From Oikopleura dioica (Eukaryota; Animalia; Chordata), in contig OU015568.1 in NCBI GenBank assembly GCA_907165135.1, positions 9,052,001 through 9,116,000 on the forward strand: 64,000 nt of DNA. Reading direction: 5' to 3'. Under the pieces are notes generated by a model, which saw only the letters and a program-made list of their open reading frames with translations, was not told where the DNA came from and did no database searches. Made by a program: the position numbers and the translations under genes. This document shows, piece by piece, positions 1 through 11,827 of the stretch (its first letter is position 1; every line of letters starts with the position of its first letter).

Positions 1-723
1 TACAGCACGATATCTAACACAAAGCACGGCCGTGACAGGCTCACAAGATCGTACAGTTCGACTTTGGGATTTGACGAAAACCTCGTGCACAAAAACCCTC
101 TGGCCTGGATCAAAGGTAGACCCGCCTGTTTTATTTGATCAATCTTCAATTAATGCTTATCCAGTGCATCGACGTCTGTAACGGTTCGATGGACGGTTCA
201 CTCATCATGTCGGCGCATTACAACAAACAAATTCACGTGACGGACATTCGAGCTTCGGCAAAAGATGAAAAGCAAGTGATCAGTTTGTCTGGTCGACCGA
301 CCGGTATTGCTGTTCCAGCGGATTTTGGTCAGTCGTTACTGGCATTGACGCGAAACAACGACTTGGCGGTCATTGATCTAAGACAGATGCAAGTGCGAAT
401 AACACTCAGCGATCTTCAGAACGACTTCAGAGTTACTGCTGATTACTCAAGATGTTCTCTTTCGGTAATTTTCTAAATTTCTGCGATCAGCGAAAATAAC
501 TTCTTCTTTGAACTAGATCTGACCTCTTTTCTTTTAGCCTTGTGGAGGACTAGCACTGGCAACAGGTCAGGATGGGCGAATCTCCTGCTGGGACGTAAAT
601 ACAGGAAGACTACTCGACGGAGCAAATGCCGAATCCGCCGGAAATCTCATCTCATGCGACTGGAGTTCCCGCCTCGTTGCCACTGGTTCCAAATCAAAAA
701 CTGTCGTACTTTGGTCCGATTAA
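1..723 (+). CDS. ATG16L1: Autophagy protein ATG16L1, C-terminal WD40 repeats (5' partial; 3 exons in window)
   Basis: Spliced reading VTGSQDRTVRLWDLTKTSCTKTLWPGSK/CIDVC..SAHYNKQIHVTDIR..TRNNDLAVIDLR..DYSRCSLS/PCGGLALATGQDGRISCWDV..VVLWSD* follows the ATG16L1 C-terminal WD layout; GT-AG introns; TAA at 721-723. Confidence 0.8.
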
Positions 724-871
724 AGTTCAAAAATTGAAAAAAAGAACATGTTACCCTAACTAAAATTTCACTGAAAAACTATTTTCAAATCAAAAAACTT
801 TCTTCAAAAATTCACATTCATCATTCAAATTTAACCTCCATTTTGTTGATTAACATTGCATCTGATTTAGA

Positions 872-3800
872 ATGGTTATTCAAGCGAATGGAATCGATTA
901 TCACGCTATTGAGATACAACTGGACAATACCATCTTTTCAAGTACAGTGTTTCTCTTGGATTTTTGGCTAAATGATGATTTCTAGAGGAAAAAATAGAGA
1001 ACACTCCATCGCGAGAAGACGGAATCGACGAAGAAACAGAAATTGATTTACGAAAAATCGGAGCGGAGTTGATTCAAAAAGCCGGGATTTACCTCGATTT
1101 ACCGCAAGTAGCAATCGCCTGCGCTCAAGTTATTTTCCAGCGATTCTACTTTACGAAAAGTTTGGTCACGTGTGATGTTTGCGTCGCGGCAAAAGCCTCC
1201 ATATGGCTCGCCTCGAAGATCGAAGAAGACGTCCGGCGGCCACGTGACGTGATAAACGTCTTCCATATGTTGGAGCAGCAGCGGCTTGGAAAACCCTGCA
1301 TCCCGATGGTCTTCGATCAAAAAGGCTTGAAAGTCTATCACGAGATCAAAAAAGACTTGATAAAAATGGAACACAAGATCCTTGCCGAAGACGATTTCAA
1401 ATAACTCGTTCAAAAATTTTTTTTAACACACCCTTTTTTTGTGCTCATTTGAAAGAGCGTGAAAAACTGGTCCAGAAAATGCTGGTCTTATCATCGGTGA
1501 CGTCACGAGTGGCGCGCGGGCGCCCCCTAAAGGTCTAATTAGGTCAATTGCGGGCTACGCGATTTCTCCGGTCATGCATATCGCACATGCATGGTTAGCA
1601 TCTAGAATTGATCGTCGTGAGCAGGGCTACATGCCCCGGCCAAAATCGTCAAAATCGGACCACGTCTTCACCAGCTGGTTGACCGGCAAATATCTCAAAA
1701 TGACAAAATCACTTACTTTTGATAAAGGCAACCTACCGATGGAAGTAGGGGGTGGCCCCGGACTCGAGCCCGAGTTACTGCCGTATTCGGCCACTTAGTG
1801 CCGGAGGACCTCCCGGAGGACTCCTCTGCTGGAAGAAAAGCTGCTGGAAGACTTATATTGAAAAATATAAATACAAATAAAATTTAAAGCCATGATTGGC
1901 TAGTAATTGCCGTATTCAGCCACTAAGTGCCGGAGGACCTCCCGGAGGACCTCTCTGCTGGAAGAAAAGCTGCTGGAAGACCAATTTTTAAAAATAAAAA
2001 TACAAATATAAAGCCTGGATTGGCTAAATATAGTCTAATTTGCCGCATTTGGCCACTTTCTGCCGGATGACCTCCCGGAGGACCCGCCTACTAAAAACCG
2101 ACTGCTGGTAAGCCAATATTAAAAAAAAAGAATAAATAAAAAGCCTTGCCACATCTGGCAAAACTCGATCACTTTAGTTCATACGCCAGTTCATACTTTT
2201 CAATCAGACTCAAAGCGAAGCCGACTCGAAGGGAAGGCCACGCCCGTTCATTCTTTTCAATCAGAGTCAGGGCGAAGCCGACCCGAAGGGGAGGCCACGC
2301 CCGTTCATTTTTTTAAATCAGATTAAGGGCGAAGCCGACCCGAAGGGGAGGCCGATCCCGTTCATTCTTTTCAATCAGAGTAAATACTAAGCCGACCCGA
2401 AGGGGAGGCCGCGCCCGTTCATTCTTTTCAATCAGAGTCAGGGCGAAGCCGACCCGAAGGGGAGGCCACGCCCATTCATTCTTTGCAATCAGAGTAAGGG
2501 CGAAGCCGACCCGAAGGGAAGGCCACGCCCGTTCATTTTATTAAATCAGATTAAGGGCGAAGCCGACCCGAAGGAAGGCCAATCCCGTTCATTCTTTTCA
2601 ATCAGAGTAAATACGAAGCCGACCCGAAGGGGAGGCCGCGCCGTTCATTCTTTTCAATCAGAGTCAGGGCGAAGCCGACCCGAAGGGGAGGCCAAGCCCA
2701 TTCATTCTTTGCAATCAAAGTAAGGGCGAAGCCGACCCGAAGGAAGGCCACGCCCGTTCATTTTATTAAATCAGATTGAGGGCGAAGCCGACCCGAAGGG
2801 AGGCCAAGCCCATTCATTCTTTGCAATCAGATTAAGGGCGAAGCCGACCCGAAGGGGAGGCCAATCCCGTTCATTCTTTTAATCAGAGAAATAACGAAGC
2901 CGACCCGAAGAGGAGGCCGCGCCCGTTCATTCCTTTCAATCAGAGTCTGGGCGAAGCCGACCCGAAGGGATGGCAACGTCTAATCATTTTATTCAATAAG
3001 AGTCAATGCGAATTGGATTGAAGCCCTTAATCGCCCTTAATCTGATTTAAAAGAATAAACGGGCGTCTGGCACTAAGTGGCTGAATACGGCAATAACAAG
3101 CCAATCATGGCTTTAAATTTTATTTTTATTTATATATTTTAATATAAGTCTTTCAGCAGCTTTTTATTCACCAGAAGAGCTTCGGGTCGGCTTCGCCCTT
3201 ACTCTGATTGAAAAGAATGAATGGGCTTGGCCTCCCCTTCGGGTCGGCTTCGCCCTGACTCTGACTGAAAAGAATGAACGGGCGTTGCCTACCCTTCGGG
3301 TCGGCTTCGCCCTGACTCTGATTGAAAAGAATGAACGGGCGCGGCCTCCCTTCGGGTCGGCTTCGTATGTACTCTGATTGAAAAGAATGAACGGGATTGG
3401 CCTCCCTTCGGGTCGGCTACGCCCTTAATCTGATTTAAAAAAATGAACGGGCGTGGCCTTCCCTTCGGGTCGGCTTCGCCCTGACTCTGATTGAAAAGAA
3501 TGACGGGCGCGGCCTCCCCTTCGGGTCGGCTTCGTATTTACTCTGATTGAAAAGAATGAACGGGATTGGCCTCCCCTTCGGGTCGGCTTCGCCCTAAATC
3601 TGATTTAATAAAATGAACGGGCGTGGCCTCCCCTTCGGGTCGGCTTCGCCCTGACTCTGATTGAAAAGAATGAACGGGCGTGGCCTTCCCTTCGAGTCGG
3701 CTTCGCTTTGAGTCTGATTGAAAAGTATGAACTGGCGTATGAACTAAAGTGATCGAGTTATGCCAGATGTCGCAAGGCTTTTTATTTATTCTTTTTTTTT

Positions 3801-6174
3801 AAATATTGGCTTACCAGCAGTCGGTTTTTTAGTAGGCGGGTCCTCCGGGAGGTCATCCGGCAGAAAGTGGCCAAATGCGGCATATTCGACTATATTTAGC
3901 CAATCCAGGCTTTATATTTGTATTTTTATTTTTAAAAATTGGTCTTCCAGCAGCTTTTCTTCCAGCAGAGGGGTCCTCCGGCACTTAGTGGCTGAATACG
4001 GCAATTACTAGCCAATCATGGCTTTAAATTTTATTTGTATTTATATTTTTCAATATTAGTCTTCCAGCAGCTTTTCTTCCAGCAGAGGAGTCCTCCGGGA
4101 GGTCCTCCGGCACTAAGTGGCCGAATACGGCAGTAACTCGGGCTCGAGTCCGGGGCCACCCCTACTTCCATCGGTAGGTTGCCTTTATCAAAAGTAAGTG
4201 ATTTTGTCATTTTGAGATATTTGCCGGTCAACCAGCTGGTGAAGACGTGGTCCGATTTTGACGATTTTGGCCGGGACATGTAGCCCTGCTCACGACGATC
4301 AATTCTAGATGCTAACCATGCATGTGCGATATGCATGACCGGAGAAATCGCGTAGCCCGCAATTGACCTAATTAGACCTTTAGGGGCGCCCGCGCGCCAC
4401 TCGTGACGTCACCGATGATAAGACCAGCATTTTCTGGACCAGTTTTTCACGCTCTTTCAAATGAGCACAAAAAAAGGGGGTGTTAGAAAAAATTTTTGAA
4501 CGAGTTATTTGAAATCGTCGAACTTGGCTTCTGCGTCCACGTGCAGCACCCTCACAAGATCATAATTATGTATCTGAATATGATCTACAAAACCGAGAGG
4601 AACAAAGAAAATCTCGTTCAGGAAAGTGGTTTAAATCATCTTCCTCCTTTGTTTTTGTGAGCTCGTGGGTATCAAAGTATTTTTAAAGAGCTCAAAGGAG
4701 CGTGCAAAAAGTTTTCAGAGTACTAAAGCTTATTTACTTCCGTGAATTTCTGTAGATAAGAGCCTAAGAGTTATTTAAATAAGTTGTCTTAAAAGGAACA
4801 CCAGCCAGTTATCTAAGGGGAAAACCGTGTTACTCGGGTAATTTTCCTTGTTGCCTTCAATTTTTAAAACCGCGATGCTCAGACTGCCTGGAACTACATG
4901 AATGATTCATTTCGAACTACTCTCTTTTGCGAGTATCAACCGGAAGTGATCGCCTGTGCTTGCATCTTTCTGGCCGCTCGGATGCTCAAAATCCCGCTGC
5001 CCGGGTCAGATGAAGAGACCGAGCCCAAACAGTGGTACGAACTGTACGATGCGAAAACGGAAGATGTTGAAGCGATCGCGATAAGGATTTTGCAGCTTTA
5101 TACGAATCCTACTGTAAGTGAGCAAAAAGAGTAAGATTGAGATGTAATTCTAGAGGTCTTTTGATGAGCTGATGGAAAAAGTGAAGCAACTGCAAGAAAT
5201 CAAAAAGAAACAGCTGAAAAAACTCAACGCCAGTTCGCAAGATTTAGACTCGCCCTTGGCCAGTGGTCAAAACAGTCCAGGTAAAAGTTGTCCTCGGAAG
5301 ACAGTCCTGCCATTTTACGTCAGATTAATCCTTTATCTGAGACAAATAGACTCCGTTTTTAATTTGCAAGGGGAAAAAGTAGAGAGGAATTTGATCGATC
5401 ATCTATATTTTATCGTCTCTTGACCGAGCCAGCTGACGATATTTAAATTAAATTTGTATCAAGATCATTTTATCGTATCACGGGCCTCTGTTTTTGTTTT
5501 ATTTCGCATTCCTCGAATACCTTGCTAGAAATTTTTTATGAGGCAGAGTCAGTCTCTAGTCATCCCGCGCTTGAAATTTGGCATGCTCGTTAGTTTTTTC
5601 TCGATTCTCAAGGTCATTTAAAAATGAGCAAATCCACTCATCTAAATCATGTGATCAATTAATGCTTTCATATTTGCCAAGGTCGTTATTTAATTAATTG
5701 ATTTTTATGTTTACGATGAATTTTATAGCTGCTGATTCACCAAATATCGAACAAGCGGTTACCAAGAACTCGTAAGTGCCCAAAGAAACAGTAATGAACT
5801 GTCGAGTAACTGATAAATTTGAAGGCCAAAGCGAAAAAGAACACGAACGAGATCGAGATCACGTGATTCTCGTCATCGCCACGAGAAGAAAGATCGACGA
5901 GATCGGGATAGGAAAAAGAGCCGAGATGCTTCTGATAGGGATCGTGAAAGAAGAAGGGATAGGGATCGACGAAGAAGCAAGGATAGAAAGCGCAGATCGT
6001 AAGTCCAAAAATCAAAGCGATTCCGAACGTTCCCTTATCACTGCTTGCATATCAAGGGGATTATGTAACATGCTGTTGAATTTGAATTTTAGGCGCTCGC
6101 GAACGAGGTCCAAATCCAATTCTCGCGATAAAGAGCGAAGGCGAGAGCGGCGATCGGACCGCGAACGGAAATAG
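872..6174 (+). CDS. CCNL1: Cyclin L (cyclin boxes + RS domain), interrupted by a foldback insertion at 1390-4519
   Basis: [56 protein letters not shown]|[42 protein letters not shown], then Arg/Ser/Asp-rich exons ending TAG 6174. ATG 872 directly follows tttag. Confidence 0.92.
2210..2995 (+). repeat. ~14 tandem 57-bp units in the foldback left arm
   Basis: GCCGAC recurs at 2277, 2334, 2391, 2448, 2505, 2562... (period 57); unit like GGGCGAAGCCGACCCGAAGGGGAGGCCACGCCCGTTCATTCTTTTCAATCAGAGTCA. Confidence 0.95.
3180..3715 (-). repeat. ~10 tandem 57-bp units, reverse orientation, in the foldback right arm
   Basis: Repeated CTTCGGGTCGGCTTCGCCCTGACTCTGATTGAAAAGAATGAACGGGCG, the reverse complement of the left array. 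Confidence 0.95.
4622..4882 (+). other. Non-canonical GA-AG intron in cyclin L
   Basis: CTC GTT CAG|GAAAGT...CTCAG|ACT GCC TGG restores the conserved [11 protein letters not shown] without indel. Confidence 0.8.
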
Positions 6175-7002
6175 AAAATCACCGGAAGAGGAAATAGAAA
6201 TAGCGAAAATCGCGAAATGCGCCTGTGAATACACGATCGACCGCGCGCCACTATCCCTTAATTGACCACTTCTCATCTTACCGAATCTCGTGTGCAAAAG
6301 AGCTTTAATCTCTCCAATCTTTGTCCATTGCGTATTTTGTGTATGTCTTGCGGTTCGGCCATTATCAACCGGGGCGAATTGATATTTCGCAAATGCGGTA
6401 TCTCCCAATTCCAATCAACTTTAGGAGAAAAGAAAAAAAACCACAGCCTCAAGGTCTGCTATCGCGTTATTTTCCGGCCACGAAACAGAGACCCGCACCT
6501 GTGGGAAATCGCAGCGGGGATCATTTGACTCCGCGCCGGGACTTAGCAATTACAAATTTAGATTTTTCATCCCCTGCTTTGTTCGCCCCTGCGGCTTTCC
6601 TGGGAATTTATGACCGCCGTTTTTCCAGGATTATCGGATTAGTCCTTGTTGATTTCCAAATAGTTCAATAGAAAACAGTGCATTTTTTCTGAAATCTTGA
6701 AAATTTTGCTCATTTATTTGGCCTTTTTCCATTATTTCTCCCTCCGTTACTCTCGTAAATTATGTCTGTGATCCGCTTCGCGTATTGGCCGGGAAAAATA
6801 TAAATTTTTCGCCTTCGAACAGCCATAGCTCACGTTATACTTTATGAAACCAAGGGATGAAGGTATCTTTCGAAAGCTCAGAATCTGAGGATTGGGGGAA
6901 CGTAAAAATCATTTCGGAAAATCGACATTTCTGATTGGCCGAAAATTTGAAATAATTATTTTTGCCAGTCAACATCAACTTTTTTCAAATGTTTTTTCGG
7001 GG

Positions 7003-7273
7003 ACGCTCGTCTAAATTACCAAAGATTTTTGGTAATGCATTACCAAAAATTGGTAATCCATTACCAAACTTTTTTCATAAGTTCTGATTTTTTGTCCAAA
7101 AAATGAGTAAATCACTCCCAAACGTTTTCTATCACACAGGCGCGGAGCGCACAAGGGCTCTTTGACTAAACAAAATTGGCACTTTTCGGGAAGTTTGGTA
7201 ATGCATTACAAAAAATTGGTAATGGATTACCAAAATTGGTAATGCATTACCAATTGGTAATTTAGACGAGCGT
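7003..7273. mobile_element. ~270-bp MITE-like inverted-repeat element with palindromic sub-repeats
   Basis: ACGCTCGTCTAAATTACCAA at 7003 and TTGGTAATTTAGACGAGCGT ending 7273; internal TTGGTAATGCATTACCAA-type palindromes in both arms; TSD not resolved. Confidence 0.75.
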
Positions 7274-8141
7274 TTCCCTGTTTTTTCTTTCCTCCAATCC
7301 TCAGAAACTGAGCTTTTTAAAAATGTATCAATCACGTGATTTCATCATCTCTAACGTGAGATATGGCAGTTCGTAGGAAATTCATAAAAATGCTCTCAGA
7401 ATCGCCCCAGGCAATGAAAAGAAGTTTTTTCCAGGTGATTTCTAGGTTTTCGATGATGACTAAAACGATCAACATAATGATTTTCCCCCTAGTTGAAATT
7501 TTTGTCAAAATCGAAAATTTATATTTTTTCCGACCATTCTACTCGTGAGAGTCCATTCTTGGAATTGAATATTATTTTTGAACGTATGCCCAGTAGGCCG
7601 AGCGGCTTTCTTGGCACGTAACTCTAGCTTACAATTACCGTCTTTTTCAGTTTTAATCTCGTGGATAAATAATCGTGTTCCGTCGTTGAAGATCTTTGTG
7701 TATTTATTTTTAGCGCCCTTTCTACCGTTTTCTCACAAAAAGAAAATCACCGATATTCAAGTGGATACGCAGCTGTACGTGCCTATACGCGTATGTCTAA
7801 AAAATAAACCCTGTATCATCCCTTTTTTGAGCTTCAACTTTCATTCACCAGTTTCAGTGAAGCGCCAAGTGCGCGCGCGTGCGCCGCACTACGAGCATGG
7901 CGCTAAACTGAAACCAAAAATTTAAAACTCAAAAAAGATTGAGAAAAATAATGTGAAGACAAGCTTGTCAAAAAGAAGCAAAATAACTTGACAAGTTATA
8001 TCAACAACTCAAAATTTGAACTTCACCTTTTTTAAATAAAAAAACTGCCAGTATATTGAAAAATACGAAAAAAACAAAGAAAGAGATTAAAGAAGAAATC
8101 CGAAAATGGGGTATTTTCAGTGTCGGTCTCCTCCTCGCCAA

Positions 8142-11100
8142 ATGGCGTCGGATGGAGGAGAGAAAATGTTCGATCCGGTGCTGTTCGACGTCACCAGAAT
8201 TCCAGCAGATGATATAGCGACACAGATTACAAAGGAAGATTTTGAAGTGTTTCAGAATATCCGCCCGGACGAGGTAAGAACAAATTATCGTTTTGAATCG
8301 TTTATCGTGCGTTACATCCTTATTTTTTGGCCAATTTGCGCACTTTCTAATGAGCACAAGAAAGGGGGGTGCTAGGATTTCGAATCTCAACTCCTTATTG
8401 AAATTGGCCTTTGCCATTTTTGGTCGACTTAAGGGGGCTGGGTAAAGGCATGCTTGATTTTTGTTTATTTTAGAAGCAATTTTGGATAAGGAAGAGCTGC
8501 TTCCTTTTTCCCTTTCGAAATTAACCTTGAACCGTGTTCTTTTCCTAGAGCGGAAGTATAAACGACTCTAGTAAAACACATAAACCTATCTTGAGCGTGG
8601 CACCTTTTTGGAGCCCCGCATGAGAGCATGAACTTTTTGGCGAAGTCTTAATTTATTATTTTCTGCGCAAACGTTGTCTTGGAGCAAAGAATCGCATTGA
8701 TCCCGTCTCAATGGGGTGTGACGCCTTTCAGTGCGCCGCTTTGTTCTTTATGAATGGCCCTGTTCATCGTCAACCCCTTTTTTTTTACTTTTGACGCGCG
8801 AAGAGTTAATGGAATTAAATCAATACTTCCTTTCACGTCAAAAGCTCTTCTTGTTGTTATTTTTGCTTATTCAGTTAGTCTTTCTTAGCTTAGCTTGCCT
8901 TAGTTAGGTTTTTTTCGACCAATCAAAATGGCCAAAAAAGACTTTCGGCTTATCGGAAACCGGAATAAAGTAAAGATCTTCGGGCCATATTTATAATAAG
9001 ATAAGACCCAGCGTCTTTTTTGGAGAAAGAACAGACTCTAAGACCCGCTTTTACAACTGACTTCATGGCTCAACTTAATTTTATAGCCTATAAATGCAAT
9101 TATGATGTTCTTTAGCCGGTGTTTTCACACGTGAGCGCTCATCATATTAGTGGAAAAGGGACTCGTTGATTCAGAATTTATGATCATCAGTGGCTCGTTA
9201 TCATCAATACACATGTGCATCAATAATGATCCTATTTTGGTCTTTTGAACTTTGGGCGCGTGTCTAATGAACGGGCCGAAATCAAAGTCAGAATCGATCC
9301 CTCCCATCTGCCGGAGTGGTAATAAACTTAGAACAGATCATGTGACCTTTATTTCCACAAATCGATAAATGTCTCGCCACGCGGTCACGGTTCGTTAGTA
9401 CAGTAGTAGCCGTGCTTCCACGAAATTGAAAGGACGCAGCCGACAGACCTTGTTTATGGTTATCTTTTTTATGGCTTTCGCTACTAATAAAAATGAAATT
9501 TGTATTTTTGAGGAATCACCTGTCGATCAGTGAGTGGTTTATTAGAGCGTATCGCGTGTCTGCCAATTTCGCTGATGAGCTAATTATTAGATGCTTTTTT
9601 AGAAAACATATACAGTAAGGGGTTGCTATTTCCAGGCTTATCTTAAAATTTATTCTTTGTTGATATTATAAATATTTTATTACAATAAAAATGATGCCTT
9701 TATGAAGACAAATGACAGTTTTATAAGTCGCGGGATTATTGATCGCATTGTTGCCCTGTTGACGGACTAATGAGGTTACTAACACATTGTTATTTATTTT
9801 TCACCTTCGTGTACCCGCTCGCAAAAATATTTACGCTTTTGGTTTCAGTTGACCTGTGTCGGATGGAGCGGGCGCAACAAACAGGAGCTATCCCCCAACG
9901 TGGTCGAAATGACGCAGCGCTTCAACAGGACTTCTTTCTGGGCCATCTCGGTGATCTTACAGACGCAAAACTTGAAACTACGAGTGGAAGTGCTTACACA
10001 GTTCATTCGCATCGCCAGGCGACTTCACGACTTTTCAAACTACCACGGAATGTTGGCGATCATAAGCGCGCTCAGACACGTTGCAATTGACCGGCTAACC
10101 GATACGTGGTCGAGGATCTCAAGAGCCGACAGGAAACACTTCGAAGTCCTGTCTAAATTTGTTCCAGAAGGTGACGGGCACCAGCTTTTGAGGGAAAAAT
10201 TCGAGGCGATCCAGCTTCCCTGTATACCGCACTTGGGCTTGTTTCTCAAAGAACTGACGTACATCGACGTAGCGAATCCGATCGTCAACGGAATTGAGCC
10301 AGAAAGCAGAGTTATGAAAATGAACAATATTTTACGTCTCATCAGGTAAACTGACTGAAATCAACAACAAATCACTCCAGACTTATTTGAGCTAGCTTTA
10401 TATTTCATTTTCATTTTCAGCGAGTTTCAAATGAGCGACTACTCGGATTTGCCAAGTCTACCTTACATACAATCCTACTTGAAAAGTTTCGACTACATCA
10501 GCGAGCTGCAGCGCTTCTTGGAAGACGACAATTACAAGGTTTGTCTATTGAACGCAGCTGAATTATTAATTGGCCTAATGAGCGGATCTTCCCACAATTG
10601 AGCTGCCCAAAAACTAATAATCATTACCGCCCAACGGTTCTCAGGTTCGCAAATTTATATCTCTTCTTCAGCAAAGTTACGAGCTCCAGCCCAAATTTGA
10701 TAAAAAGTCGAAGAAGTTCGGGACAATGGACGACTTGAACAATCCCGCGCCGCGAAATTCAGTCACTTCTCGCTTCACCCGTGGTCACAGAAGAACAGTC
10801 TCCCTCGGCCGCTCCCCCAGACACAATCACGAGCTTTTGAGTACAGAACACCAGCCTACAGTGAGTTTGCTGGATGATCATCCATTGAGTCAATCTTCCT
10901 CGCCGGGGAGCATCAATGGCGTGCGAAATAGTTTGCCCGGAAATGGAATTAGCTGTATGCGCTTTACGAGAAGGAACGGGATAGAAATATATTTGCGCGG
11001 CAAATTTGACGAATGATGAGGGGGCTTCCCCGATTTTATTTTTCCATAAGGCTCGTTAAATATTTTTGTACCCGGAAACAAAGCCTCCGTCCTCAGCCCA

Positions 11101-11643
11101 ATCAAGGCAGTTTAGGAAGCAACGGATCATCAAATTTCTCAACGCGTTCGGAAAAACTCTCCATTCCAGACGACATTCCTCCCGAAGCAATTATTCAAGA
11201 AGGATGCCTGATGCGAAAGAAAAACGCGAAGAAGGGGCAGAAGATGGCGATCAAGTACTGGAAACGGTACTGGATTGTGCTGACAAACGCCTCAGGAAAT
11301 GGCTATGGCAATGATAACGTGCTACTTTTGTACGAGTCGAGGAGCCCTTTTATCTTCTCCAGGATAGTAGACAGAAGACAGTTTCATAGAGATAGCGCGA
11401 AACAAATGGTTCTTTCTCATTTTGTATTTTCGGAAGAATGTCCAAATGCCGATGAGTTCAGGTAAAACATTTTGCAGAAAAGACCCCAAATAACCCATTT
11501 TTAGTTTGACGGACGAGTACTCAGGCGAGTGCTACCGATTCAAAGCCTTTGGCGCAGTAAATGCTCATATGTGGAAAGCAGCGATCGCCGAAGCAAAACG
11601 TCCCAAAATACCAGACTTGATAGACCTTTCAGAGGACCGTTAA
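8142..11643 (+). CDS. RALGPS: Ral GEF with RasGEF(CDC25) and PH domains
   Basis: [89 protein letters not shown], and PH exon [29 protein letters not shown]; ~1.6-kb first intron. Start could be 8106. Confidence 0.9.
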
Positions 11644-11827
11644 CTCAACTCTTCTCGTTCTACTCAACTCTTTCTTCAAAACACACAGCCAAAGCAACCT
11701 CTCCTATCTACTGCATCGTTAAAAAATGATCATCAAAATCGAGTTTCATCCTTTTTTGCGATTTGTTGTAGCAGCTAAATATTGTATTATCGACTTGCTC
11801 CAGCAGTAGCCGCTAAAAACTACATAA

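Larger units (their letters stand above)
1390..4519. mobile_element. 3,130-bp non-autonomous foldback (long-TIR) DNA element with internal tandem arrays; 3-bp TSD GAA
   Basis: Begins GACGATTTCAAATAACTCG (1390) and ends with its reverse complement CGAGTTATTTGAAATCGTC (4501-4519); GAA at 1387-1389 and 4520-4522. The arms mirror each other with scattered mismatches; no transposase ORF. Confidence 0.95.

Noticed and set aside
1574-1798. Twin ORFs [18 protein letters not shown] (1574 +, 4336 -)
   Set aside because: They are mirror images produced by the inverted arms; no transposase or other motif.
2210-3715. 57-bp array as CRISPR or self-cleaving ribozyme array
   Set aside because: There are no unique spacers and no cas genes, and the context is eukaryotic. 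CTGATTGA does not match the hammerhead CUGANGA core, and I could not build HDV or twister folds.
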